The position numbers and the translations under genes are program-made. Source: an uncultured Rhodothermaceae bacterium (GTDB taxonomy: Bacteria; Bacteroidota; Rhodothermia; Rhodothermales; JAHQVL01). From it: DNA of 64,000 bases. The stretch's first letter is position 1. Each line of letters starts with the position of its first letter. A model generated the notes under the pieces. That model was not told the DNA's origin. It was given only the letters and a program-made list of their open reading frames with translations, and did not search any database. Below, in pieces: positions 17,023 through 26,174 of this stretch. The stretch is from positions 1,834 to 65,833 of the forward strand of contig CAZGHT010000016.1 of assembly GCA_964525535.1 (NCBI GenBank). Direction: 5' to 3'.

Positions 17023-17997
17023 TTACGGGGCGCCGTTCAGCCACAGAGCCGGCTCCCTGATACGCGTGCACCAACCGCCCTCGATCAGCGATTCTGCATC
17101 GGCGGGATTGTCCATAACGAACCGAGACGCGTAAAATCGGGCCATCTGTTCGAACTGCCCGGTGTGAACGACGTCCCGGGCGTCGAGATGGGTCGAGCCG
17201 ATGGCCGATCGGATATCGAACTGATCGTACCAGCGGTCGCCGAAGGCGCCCAGGGTTTCGTATTTTCTGCGGAAGTGCTGGAAACCGCAGCACGGGTAGT
17301 GCAAAATAGCCGGAGTACGTCCGCCGCCGATCGAGACAGCGTCCGGGGGGACCCTGAAACGGTGCACGCCGTTGACGCCGAGCCTATCCGTTACCCGGGC
17401 TGCGGCCTTCCCGTTGCTGTAAAAGTGAAACCAGGTGGGCGGGATAGCCGCAAAGGAGGGAGGCCTCAGAGGGCGCGCGTGGGTAGACGAATTGGTCTTG
17501 AACAACGTAACGTCCCGGAAAATATCGCCCACGTCAAACCGTTCCGGGATGGCTTCGTGATTCGTATACCAGCAGTGGTCCACGCCCTGTTCGTCCAGCG
17601 CGGCAAAATGATCCTTTACGGATTCGTGAGGACTGTAAAACAGCTCGTCGCTGTCGATGTGGATGATCCAGTCGATCTTTCTTTGGAGCGCTTCCTCTAT
17701 GGCAACCGCGCAGTTGAATTGTTGCCTGGCCATGGCTTCGCGATCTAAAAAGGAATGCACCTTTTCGGGCGTTTTTCGGCGTACCCGCTCCCACCGGCGG
17801 CGCAGCGCATCGTCGCGGAAAATACAGCTCACCCGGGGGTCATCGTCGACCCGTTCGAAGGAGGCGTCATTCGGATTGTCGAAGAAGAGGAAGAGGTGGT
17901 CGATCCCGATATGGAGATGGTAACGAACGAACGAGACCAGCGTCTGTTCGGCGTCGCACAACGTCGTCGCCAGCGCGATGGTCGGGGGAGACTTCAT
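17023..17997 (-). CDS. Glycosyltransferase-like protein (GT2/GT92-like fold, DxD-type motif)
   Basis: About 324 aa from MKSPPTIALATT. Motifs: FVRYHLHIGIDHLFLFFDN, and HIDSDELF as a DxD-type motif. The track ORF extends to 18264, but that extension overlaps the upstream gene and is low-complexity. Confidence 0.6.
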   Translation of the reverse strand: MKSPPTIALATTLCDAEQTLVSFVRYHLHIGIDHLFLFFDNPNDASFERVDDDPRVSCIFRDDALRRRWERVRRKTPEKVHSFLDREAMARQQFNCAVAIEEALQRKIDWIIHIDSDELFYSPHESVKDHFAALDEQGVDHCWYTNHEAIPERFDVGDIFRDVTLFKTNSSTHARPLRPPSFAAIPPTWFHFYSNGKAAARVTDRLGVNGVHRFRVPPDAVSIGGGRTPAILHYPCCGFQHFRRKYETLGAFGDRWYDQFDIRSAIGSTHLDARDVVHTGQFEQMARFYASRFVMDNPADAESLIEGGWCTRIREPALWLNGAP

Positions 17998-18022
17998 TGC
18001 GACATACCTCCGGTTATTGTGG

Positions 18023-18967
18023 TCACAGGAAGAAGCCGTTCTCGTGGATGTAAAAAGAGTCGGGCATGTCTTTCCACTGGGGGATCGTGAAATGGGGTTC
18101 GTATTTATGAAAATGGAAGTGGAAGTACAAGATTTCCTCGTCGCCGTGGAGGTCGAAGAGCCGGCCTTCCTTCCAGTGCAGAAGCCAGTGTTTCCGGTGC
18201 AGGTCCATCCGCTCCCGCACCAGGTGTGGGAAATAGGCCTGGATGCGGCCTTCGTCAGCCGCACGCCGGACGACGTGTGTGATGCTCTCGACCTCGACCA
18301 GCGCCGTGTCGAGCGGATATCCGTCCAGTAAGTGCCGCCAGGCGAAATTGCATTCCGAAAAAGAGTAATGTTTAGGGGTGATGAACACGAATGGATAATC
18401 CGGACAACGTTCGAACAGGGTGTTGACGGCCGGGCTATTTCTGAACAGGGTGAAGTGGCCGGTAATGTACTCGGGCCGGGTTGTGATCACGTCGTACTCC
18501 TGCAGCAGCTCTGGCGTGATGAACGAGCGAATCTGGCCGTAAATCATGTCGACTTCGACGTAGCCCCAGGCATCGAAGTCGCCCAGGTAGTCCTCGAAGA
18601 TGACGCCGAAAGCCGGGCGAAGGTCGTTGAGCTTAAACGCTTCTTTAAACTGAATGGGAAGATCGAGCCTGTCCGAGGCCCGTTTGCATATATCGCCCAG
18701 GGTGGCCGGGATAATCTGGATGTTGGGTTGGGCCTCGGACTCCGGTATACAATCGGTGAAGAGCACGAAGTGAATGTCGGGATTGTGACGGGCGGTATGA
18801 AGGTAGATGCGAATCCACCGCGGCGCCTCGCCGAAGTAGCAGGTGATCAGGCAAAGGGACGGTGGGCCGGTTGGCCCTTTTTCATCGAGGGGTGTATGCA
18901 CGGTGCGACCCGGTAAAAGATGACGAAGTTCAACGCGGCTGGTGCGTGTGGACAGTTCGCAAACCAT
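18023..18967 (-). CDS. Uncharacterised DUF6625-like protein, putative glycosyltransferase
   Basis: 314 aa. N-terminal pattern CLITCYFGEAPRWIRIYL...NPDIHFVLFTD and WGYVEVDMIYG. The family assignment is from memory only. Confidence 0.45.
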   Translation of the reverse strand: MVCELSTRTSRVELRHLLPGRTVHTPLDEKGPTGPPSLCLITCYFGEAPRWIRIYLHTARHNPDIHFVLFTDCIPESEAQPNIQIIPATLGDICKRASDRLDLPIQFKEAFKLNDLRPAFGVIFEDYLGDFDAWGYVEVDMIYGQIRSFITPELLQEYDVITTRPEYITGHFTLFRNSPAVNTLFERCPDYPFVFITPKHYSFSECNFAWRHLLDGYPLDTALVEVESITHVVRRAADEGRIQAYFPHLVRERMDLHRKHWLLHWKEGRLFDLHGDEEILYFHFHFHKYEPHFTIPQWKDMPDSFYIHENGFFL

Positions 18968-19020
18968 CGCGTACGAACGGGCCGGCGTACTGAAAACGGC
19001 CTGTTATCCCGCGGCGCCGG

Positions 19021-20043
19021 CTAACGCTCGGGATCTCGAGAGCCCAGTACAAACTCACCGACGATGGGTTCAGCAAATTCGGTGGTTTTGCAGATACGTG
19101 CAAGCCGTTCTTCCGGCGCTCCGCCGCCGAGGGCGCAGGGGCCGAGGTTCAACAATTCTCCCACCAGATAAAAGGTCTGGAAAAGGCATCCGACCTCTTT
19201 GAGGATGAGGCTGTAGGCCAGATCGCCGTAAACCTTCCCTGGATGGCTGTACCGGCTGGTGACGAGAATGACGATCGGCGGTTTTTCTGACCCGGCGCTC
19301 TGGGCCGCCGCATATAAAAAGGGAAGATAATCGGCTCCTTCGGTGGATAACGACTCCAGCCCATGCCGGTGAGGCAGGTACCTGTAGATACCAGCAGGTA
19401 TCGAGGCGACCGCATCCGAAGAGACGACGAGATACAGTTCGAGTGAGTACATAGCGCCTCCCGAGGGGTAGGGACGGGACGAGTGTGTATCCGGTCCTGC
19501 TGCGTTCGCTGTCGTTCTGGCTCGTGCGCTCAGCCATAAAAACGCCGATAATTTTTCGAATGGAATCGGACCTTTCGGCCATTCCCGCCAGGACTGTCGC
19601 GCCTCGAGCACATGGACAAAATCGCGAGACGGCCCCGCATAACCCCGCTCGAGCGGATGGAAAAGCCCCGTCGCCTGGTTGAATGGTTCAGGTCTTTCTC
19701 GATCCGGGGACCTGGGGATATCCGGACGCCGTGCGCGTTTATGATAGGCGAGCGCGCACTTTTCCCAGTGGTTCGCGGCGGCTTCTTCTTGCCCTGAATC
19801 CCGGATCAGGATGCCGGCATGGATCAGGTCTCTTACTCGGGTACGCAGGTAGTTCTCCTCCGAATCGGTGAACCCTGCGATAGCCTCGTCGATCGTCCGG
19901 GGCGTAACAAAGGCATGAACCAGACGGACCAGCTCGAGGTCGTAGGTCGATAACGGCGTGCCCGAAGCGGCCGATGAGATTTCGATCCGGCCTGCCGACC
20001 AGGAGACGAGGCTATACCTGGAAACAACCCATCGTTCAATCAT
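19021..20043 (-). CDS. SagB/ThcOx-family (nitroreductase-fold, FMN) dehydrogenase
   Basis: 340 aa. Motifs: RQSWREW, SSRPYPSGGAMYSLELYLVV, IYRYLPHRHGL, LILKEVGCLFQTFYL, GPCALGGG. It has an N-terminal extension of about 90 aa, typical of SagB-type proteins. Confidence 0.75.
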   Translation of the reverse strand: MIERWVVSRYSLVSWSAGRIEISSAASGTPLSTYDLELVRLVHAFVTPRTIDEAIAGFTDSEENYLRTRVRDLIHAGILIRDSGQEEAAANHWEKCALAYHKRARRPDIPRSPDRERPEPFNQATGLFHPLERGYAGPSRDFVHVLEARQSWREWPKGPIPFEKLSAFLWLSARARTTANAAGPDTHSSRPYPSGGAMYSLELYLVVSSDAVASIPAGIYRYLPHRHGLESLSTEGADYLPFLYAAAQSAGSEKPPIVILVTSRYSHPGKVYGDLAYSLILKEVGCLFQTFYLVGELLNLGPCALGGGAPEERLARICKTTEFAEPIVGEFVLGSRDPER

Positions 20044-20207
20044 GATCGATCGTGTGATCTATGCAGTGAAGGAGGTCTCTCTGGCCTCTGTGCCGGCAGA
20101 ATCTCCGCATTCTACGACCGGCAACACGCAATGTATTGATTTCTGGGTAATTATTGTATATATCGTGCAAGGGGGGTAATTACTGGCATTCAACATCGGA
20201 AAAGACT

Positions 20208-21752
20208 ATGATACAGAAAGCGCTATTGACCATCTCTATGGCGGCATGCCTGCTGTTTGGATCCTCCTGTGAGCCTGAGGGGGAGCCGCCGACGCCGCGG
20301 CCCAACGTCGTATTGATCATGGCGGACGATCTCGGGTATTCGGATATCGGGGCGTACGGTGGAGAGATCGATACGCCGCACCTCGATCGACTGGCCGCAG
20401 AGGGCATCCAGTTCACCCGGTTTTACAACAACGCTAAATGCACCGAGTCCCGGGCGGCGCTACTGAGCGGCATCTATCACCATCAGAGTCAGAATTTCGA
20501 AGTCATGAATCACGTGACGCTGGCTGAAGTGCTCAAGGAGGCCGGCTACACAACCCTCATGACCGGGAAATGGCACCTGCCCGGTAATCCGGTGGATCGC
20601 GGGTTCGATCGCTACTTCGGCTTTCTCGTCGGGGCGGTGAACTTCTTTACGGGGCAACGCTGGGGGAGTGACGAAAACCCGATGCGCCTGGACGCCCAGG
20701 TATTCGAAGTGCCCGAGAGCGGGTTTTACACCACCGATGCGTTCACCGACTACGCCATCGAGTTCGTCGACGAAGCCCTCCAGGAGGAGGCCCCCTTCTT
20801 TCTGTACGTCGCCCATAATGCCCCGCACTACCCGCTTCATGCGTGGCCCGAAGACATCGAAAAGTATAAAGGCCGGTTCGACGAAGGGTGGGATGCGCTC
20901 CGCGAGGCGCGGTATGCCCGGATGGTAGAGATGGAGCTCATCCAACCGGGATGGCCCCTCACGCCGAGAGATTCTATCGTACCGGCGTGGAGCACCCTGT
21001 CTGCTGACAGACAGGCCGAGGAAGCCCTGCTCATGGAAGTCTACGCCGCCATGGTCGATCGCATGGATCAGAATATCGGCCGGTTGATGACGCACCTGGA
21101 GGAGCGCGGTGTGGCCGACAATACGCTGGTGCTCTTCATGTCGGACAACGGGGCCTGCCCGTACAACGCCACCCGAGTGCCGGACGTGCCTCCCGGGCCG
21201 AAAGAGGGGTATAAAACGTACAACAGCCCCTGGGCGAATGTTGGAAATACGCCCTTTCGTTCCTACAAACAATACAGCCACGAGGGAGGTGTCGCGTCGC
21301 CTATGATCGCCTACTGGCCGAAGGGCATAACCATGCCGGGGACGCGCACCGATCAGGTAGGGCATCTGATCGATCTCATGCCGACGCTGGTCGAAGTAGC
21401 GGGAGCTTCATATCCCGAGGTCTACGCCGGGTATGACGTGCTGCCTGCAGAGGGCGTGAGCCTCGCGCGGGTATTCGAAGGCGACGTGCTCGAAGCACGG
21501 CCGCCGATCTACTGGGAATTCGTCGGCAACCGGGCCGTCCGCGACGGCGACATGAAGCTGGTCGCCAATCGATCCCAGAACTGGGAGCTGTATCAGATGG
21601 TGGAGGATCGTACGGAACTCGACGATCTGGCAGGCAGCCTGACGGATAAGCGAGAACGCCTGGCCGCTATGTATGACGCCTGGGCGGCTCGAACGGGAGC
21701 CAGGAGCAACCAGGAAGGGCTTGCGATGAAACCGTCGACGCAGGCTCGATGA
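20208..21752 (+). CDS. Arylsulfatase-family protein (lipoprotein signal), non-canonical active-site motif CTESR
   Basis: PNVVLIMADDLGYSDIG ... AKCTESRAALLSG ... MTGKWHL ... FMSDNG. I chose the ATG at 20208 (MIQKALLTISMAACLLFGSSC). Confidence 0.85.
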   Translation: MIQKALLTISMAACLLFGSSCEPEGEPPTPRPNVVLIMADDLGYSDIGAYGGEIDTPHLDRLAAEGIQFTRFYNNAKCTESRAALLSGIYHHQSQNFEVMNHVTLAEVLKEAGYTTLMTGKWHLPGNPVDRGFDRYFGFLVGAVNFFTGQRWGSDENPMRLDAQVFEVPESGFYTTDAFTDYAIEFVDEALQEEAPFFLYVAHNAPHYPLHAWPEDIEKYKGRFDEGWDALREARYARMVEMELIQPGWPLTPRDSIVPAWSTLSADRQAEEALLMEVYAAMVDRMDQNIGRLMTHLEERGVADNTLVLFMSDNGACPYNATRVPDVPPGPKEGYKTYNSPWANVGNTPFRSYKQYSHEGGVASPMIAYWPKGITMPGTRTDQVGHLIDLMPTLVEVAGASYPEVYAGYDVLPAEGVSLARVFEGDVLEARPPIYWEFVGNRAVRDGDMKLVANRSQNWELYQMVEDRTELDDLAGSLTDKRERLAAMYDAWAARTGARSNQEGLAMKPSTQAR

Positions 21753-21913
21753 TGGTGTCCTCTATTATCATTTTCTACGGTGTAATTATTGGCGGCGGTT
21801 ACGTACGCTCTCGACGTCCCGGGTCGTACAGATAGAGGGCGCAGGGTTCTGGCACAGGGCTCAGAGCGCTAAGTTCTGGGACTTCGGCAGTAGAACAGAG
21901 AACGCAAGCGACC

Positions 21914-22465
21914 ATGGACGCGTTGGTGCGCCGGCTACGGCATTCAGACCACGAAGCGTACGAGTGCATATTTCAACAGATGCACGAGCCGTTATTGAAG
22001 TACGTGTTTCGGATCATGAGGGACGAAAGCCTGGCGCTGGACGTATTGCAAGACGTGTTCATGAAGTTGTGGGAGAAACGGGGGCAACTCGAAATCCAGG
22101 TGTCGTTGAAAGCCCTCCTGTATACGATGGCGCGAAACAGGGCCTTGAATATCAAGCGGGATCGATCGAAGCGCAGCTGTGATGTTGAGTTCCTCGAAGA
22201 AGGAGCCTGGGAAGATCACAGCTCGTCGGCCGAGCAGCTCGTGCAGGCAGGGCAACTGGACGCCTACTTTCGACGCTGGATCGACGAGTTGCCGCCCCGG
22301 CGGGCGGAAGCCTTCGCCCTGAGCCGGTATCATGCGCTGAGTCATAAAGAAATTGGGGCCGTCATGGGGCTGTCGAAACGCACGGTCGATACCCACATCG
22401 TCCATGCACTCCGTTTTCTGAGGGAGCGGTACGAGAAGCTCCAGCAGCAAGGCGTGAACCGCTAA
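21914..22465 (+). CDS. ECF-type RNA polymerase sigma-70 factor
   Basis: 183 aa with region 2 (DVLQDVFMKLW) and region 4 (LSHKEIGAVMGLSKRTVDTHI). Confidence 0.9.
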   Translation: MDALVRRLRHSDHEAYECIFQQMHEPLLKYVFRIMRDESLALDVLQDVFMKLWEKRGQLEIQVSLKALLYTMARNRALNIKRDRSKRSCDVEFLEEGAWEDHSSSAEQLVQAGQLDAYFRRWIDELPPRRAEAFALSRYHALSHKEIGAVMGLSKRTVDTHIVHALRFLRERYEKLQQQGVNR

Positions 22466-22489
22466 ACTATTTTTCTCTAAGGTGCCATT

Positions 22490-23452
22490 ATGAAGCGAGG
22501 CGATATTCCTGATCGATTGAGCGAAGCTCTGTATGACCAGCGATCCGAAGATAAGGAGTCCCTGGAACGTATCTGGCGTCTGGCTGAGGGAGCCGATCTG
22601 GAGCCGCAGATTGCTCCCGACACCATCCAGGTTGCCTGGCAGGAGCTGGCTCACGCTACTCGTATCTCCGATGTAAGAAGGGATCGGACGCCCTCGCGGC
22701 GCAGCACTCGTTTCAGGTTGCCGTATGCCCGGGTCTGGCTCCCGGTCACTGCGCTCGTATCAGGCCTCGCCCTCTTTTTCTGGTTCCAGCCGGTTATCGA
22801 AGAAGCCCCTCGCGGTGAGCAGTTGTCGGTCGTCCTGCCGGACCGCTCTCAGATCGAGCTCAACAGCGGTTCCCGTATTCGGTATCCTCGTTTTTTCTCC
22901 TGGAGCCGCACGGTTCACCTCGAGGGGGAAGCCTTTTTCGACGTCGAGACAGCGGACGTCCCATTCGTCGTTTCGACCTTTAATGCCGAGGTGCGTGTGC
23001 TGGGCACCTCATTTAATGTCAGAGCCTGGGAAGAGAGCATGCAGCCGGTTTCCGTGATCACCTTGAATTCGGGCTCTCTCGAGCTGGCTGCACGGGCGTA
23101 CCGGTCTGCCCGGTTTGTTATGGAGCCCGGCCAGACGCGCGTCGTGGGGGGGCGTCGATCTGCTGCTTCTCCTCCCGTGTCACCTCCCGATACATCCACG
23201 TTTGCTTTTGCGATGGCCTGGCGGGATGGGGATCTCGTCTTCAAGGATCAATCGTTCGGAGTGGTGTTAGAAGACATTGAGAGGCGGTTCGACCTCGACC
23301 TGGTCCTGCGTGCCCATCAATTCGCCGACAAAAAAGTCACCTTTTCGTTTCGGCGCCCCGAGGCTGTCGAAGAAGTGATCGAGAGTCTATGTATGGCGCT
23401 CGGTATGCAATACAGAGCTACCGTCACCGGGTATGAAATTTATCGGCCATAA
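22490..23452 (+). CDS. FecR-family anti-sigma/transmembrane sensor
   Basis: 320 aa with one TM segment and the FecR block GEAFFDV....PFVV.T....V.VLGTSFNV. Confidence 0.85.
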   Translation: MKRGDIPDRLSEALYDQRSEDKESLERIWRLAEGADLEPQIAPDTIQVAWQELAHATRISDVRRDRTPSRRSTRFRLPYARVWLPVTALVSGLALFFWFQPVIEEAPRGEQLSVVLPDRSQIELNSGSRIRYPRFFSWSRTVHLEGEAFFDVETADVPFVVSTFNAEVRVLGTSFNVRAWEESMQPVSVITLNSGSLELAARAYRSARFVMEPGQTRVVGGRRSAASPPVSPPDTSTFAFAMAWRDGDLVFKDQSFGVVLEDIERRFDLDLVLRAHQFADKKVTFSFRRPEAVEEVIESLCMALGMQYRATVTGYEIYRP

Positions 23453-23453
23453 C

Positions 23454-26171
23454 ATGCTGCAGACACGCAGGCTACATCTCATTGTTTGTGTGGTGTCGAG
23501 TTGCCTGGTCGTTCCGGTGTATACGGGAGCAGCGCAGGACCACTCATCGCGACCAGAGGACAACTCCATCGCATCAGGCGAAGCGGTAGTGGACAGGCAT
23601 AGCTTCGTCTTGATGGGGGTGCCGCTCGAGGAAGCGCTGGCCCTGTTGATTGATCAGACCCGAATCGATCTCTTCTTTGAATCGGAACTCGTTGATGGAA
23701 AAACGACCTATTGCGCCATTGAGCAGGCCGGGCTCGAAGCGGTGCTCCGTTGCATCCTGGCCGGGACGACGCTGGATTATTACCGGCTTTCAACCGGCGT
23801 TTATGTGCTGACCGCCGGTCCCCTGGGCGCTGTGGCCTACGGGTCCGTGACCGGACGCGTCATAGACCGGCAGACCCTGGAGCCGTTGCCGGATGCTTCC
23901 ATTATGCTGGCTGATGCGGCGACGGGAACGACGACCAACGAGGCCGGCCGTTTTGCATTACGCCAACTCGAACCCGGCCTGCATCCCATTGTGGTATCCC
24001 ACGTCGCGTATGAGGCCGGCGTTGATTCGGTGTGGCTTTCTCCCGGTGAGCACCGGGACCTGGAGGTCGTCCTTCAAGCGCGCACCTTTGAGTCCACGCC
24101 GATCATCGTGAATGGCCTGTATGAGCGCATGCCTTCGGCGCAGTTGGGCAAAGGTGAATTGACGGCTGAGGCGTTACAGCGCCCGGGGCCGAGCGCCACT
24201 CCGTCCACGTATGAGGTCTTAAATGACGTAGTAGGCGTTCGCATCGGGGATACCTTTGCAGATCTTCACGTTCAGGGCGGCGACTCCGGAGAGCATCAGC
24301 ACAGGCTGGATGGGGTGCCCATCTTCGTGCCCCTTCGGAATGGCGGGTTTTTCGGAGCGTTCAGCCCCCTTGCCATCGAACAGATCACCGTACACAAAGC
24401 GGGTTTTCAGGCGAGTGAAGGCAGCTTCCTGTCGGGAGCCATCGAAATGGATCATGCAATAGCTTCCCGTGAAAAAGAGCGTATAGACGTTCAGGTCGAC
24501 CCCCTCAGCGTGAACGGACGCATTCAGGGGCAAGAGCGGTTCTCTGAGTCCGTTCGCGGATCCTGGATGGTTGCCGGTCGTCTGGGGTTATGGGGCCTGT
24601 TTCAGCCGGCTCCTGTCGAGCGCCGTTTCAGGATGTGGAGCCAGCCCGGCTCATTCGTCTCCAGTGTGTTGTCATCCGGATCCCGACCTGGTTGTTCGGC
24701 CGAGGTCGAACGCAGCCCTCCATTACACATCGAGTTTTCGGATTTTCATGCGGCCACACGCCTTCGGTTCGGAGCTACCCGTAGTCTGTATGCGTCTTTG
24801 TATCAGGGCAGCCACGCGTTCGGCATAGGCGACAGGTCATCGTCGACCGGTTCAGGTGAAGATCGCGAGCAGGATTATTCCTGGTTGAATACGATGAGGC
24901 AGGTGCGTTACGAGTGGGTGCAGGGGCAACGTGGGTTCATGCACGTGGGCTTCTGGAGCAGTTCGTACAGGCTTGAGCACCCGGTGGATCGCTCCCCCTT
25001 TTCGTCGGATACCGGTCTCGTTGAACTCGACGACTTCGACGAAATTATCGAAACGGGCATCAGCGTGGGTTTCGATTATGCCATCGGCGCCCGTCATACC
25101 CTGTCCGGGAAGCTAGAGCCCGTATTGACGGAGAGCGAGTTTTCCCTGTCGATCGATCCTACAGGCGTCTCGGCGCCCATCGATCATCACATCCTCGCTC
25201 CGGCCCGGTGGTATGTGCAGGGGTTTTTAGAAGACGTGCTCGCACTCAGCGACCGCAGTCAGCTCACGCTGGGGGCCAGATATACCTATGTACCGGCGCA
25301 ACAGCGCCTGTACGCCGAGCCGCGATTGTCCTGGCGTTACGATCGTCCCGATGGGCCGGGAGGCGCCTGGGCCTTCCAGGCGGCGGCCGGTTTGTATCGC
25401 CAGTTCATTTACCAGTTCGATGTCGCAGATTACAATGCATCGACCCTCCTGCCCGGATTCCGGTTTTGGATCCCTATAGGGAAACATATGCGCGCCTCGA
25501 CTGCCTATCATCTGGCCAGCAGTGTGTTGTTTGCCCCCGCTGAGCACTGGCAACTGCTCGTAGAAGGATTTTACAAATACCAGCCTCATCTCATGGTGCT
25601 CGATTATGCCGGCAGTGAAGGCCTGTTAGCGGCCCGCGGATACGCCTATGGGAGTGCTGTGGCCTTGAAATACGAAACCCGGGCGTTCCGCATTCAGGGC
25701 CATTACGAATACGACGTCGCTCGCCGGCAGGTAAACAACCGTTTTGGAGGGGCATTCGTATCCGTACCCTGGGAGGCTCCTCATCAGACGCAGCTATCGA
25801 TTGGCTATACGCTCTGGGAGGGACTGACTGCCACGCTGAGATGGCAGGGAATCTGGGGGCGTTCCTGGGCATTTCGCCAGGCTTATTACGATTATCTGGA
25901 GCCCTTGAGCGAACCGAATCGGTCAGCAGCGGATCTGTTTTCGCATCCGGAGCGTGATGTCCTGCCGGCCTACTCCCGGGTGGATGCGGGTTTCGGCTTT
26001 GCCCGGCGGTTGGGCCGCTTACGTCTACAGGCGCGGGTGAACGCGATCAACCTCTTCGATCGCAAGAACGAACTCGATTGGATCCTGGAAGACGACGGCG
26101 GCCGCCTCGTCAGGAAAGCGCGTACCGCAATCCCTCTGTTTTCGTCCTTTTCGATCCGCATACGGTACTAA
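23454..26171 (+). CDS. TonB-dependent receptor with N-terminal STN signalling domain and CarboxypepD_reg-like domain
   Basis: STN block VPLEEALALLIDQTRIDLFF...LEAVLRCILAGTTLDY. Carboxypeptidase-regulatory block VTGRVIDRQTLEPLPDASI, followed by a long beta-barrel. I chose the ATG at 23454, directly after the fecR stop. Confidence 0.85.
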   Translation: MLQTRRLHLIVCVVSSCLVVPVYTGAAQDHSSRPEDNSIASGEAVVDRHSFVLMGVPLEEALALLIDQTRIDLFFESELVDGKTTYCAIEQAGLEAVLRCILAGTTLDYYRLSTGVYVLTAGPLGAVAYGSVTGRVIDRQTLEPLPDASIMLADAATGTTTNEAGRFALRQLEPGLHPIVVSHVAYEAGVDSVWLSPGEHRDLEVVLQARTFESTPIIVNGLYERMPSAQLGKGELTAEALQRPGPSATPSTYEVLNDVVGVRIGDTFADLHVQGGDSGEHQHRLDGVPIFVPLRNGGFFGAFSPLAIEQITVHKAGFQASEGSFLSGAIEMDHAIASREKERIDVQVDPLSVNGRIQGQERFSESVRGSWMVAGRLGLWGLFQPAPVERRFRMWSQPGSFVSSVLSSGSRPGCSAEVERSPPLHIEFSDFHAATRLRFGATRSLYASLYQGSHAFGIGDRSSSTGSGEDREQDYSWLNTMRQVRYEWVQGQRGFMHVGFWSSSYRLEHPVDRSPFSSDTGLVELDDFDEIIETGISVGFDYAIGARHTLSGKLEPVLTESEFSLSIDPTGVSAPIDHHILAPARWYVQGFLEDVLALSDRSQLTLGARYTYVPAQQRLYAEPRLSWRYDRPDGPGGAWAFQAAAGLYRQFIYQFDVADYNASTLLPGFRFWIPIGKHMRASTAYHLASSVLFAPAEHWQLLVEGFYKYQPHLMVLDYAGSEGLLAARGYAYGSAVALKYETRAFRIQGHYEYDVARRQVNNRFGGAFVSVPWEAPHQTQLSIGYTLWEGLTATLRWQGIWGRSWAFRQAYYDYLEPLSEPNRSAADLFSHPERDVLPAYSRVDAGFGFARRLGRLRLQARVNAINLFDRKNELDWILEDDGGRLVRKARTAIPLFSSFSIRIRY

Positions 26172-26174
26172 TTT

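Noticed and set aside
17998-18264. N-terminal extension (89 aa) of the glycosyltransferase-like ORF given by the ORF track
   Set aside because: The extension overlaps the 3' end of the upstream gene (18023-18967) and translates to Ser/Thr/Cys/Gly-rich low-complexity sequence. The ATG at 17997 gives a compact 25-bp intergenic gap and a sensible N-terminus.
20036-20110. 24-codon minus-strand mini-ORF (MRRFCRHRGQRDLLHCIDHTIDHD) whose stop overlaps the SagB start (ATGATTGA); considered as a possible RiPP precursor
   Set aside because: It is too short and Arg-rich, has no leader/core organisation and no visible ribosome-binding context, and such ORFs arise easily by chance in GC-rich DNA. It is kept only as something to test by ribosome profiling or conservation, not as a feature.
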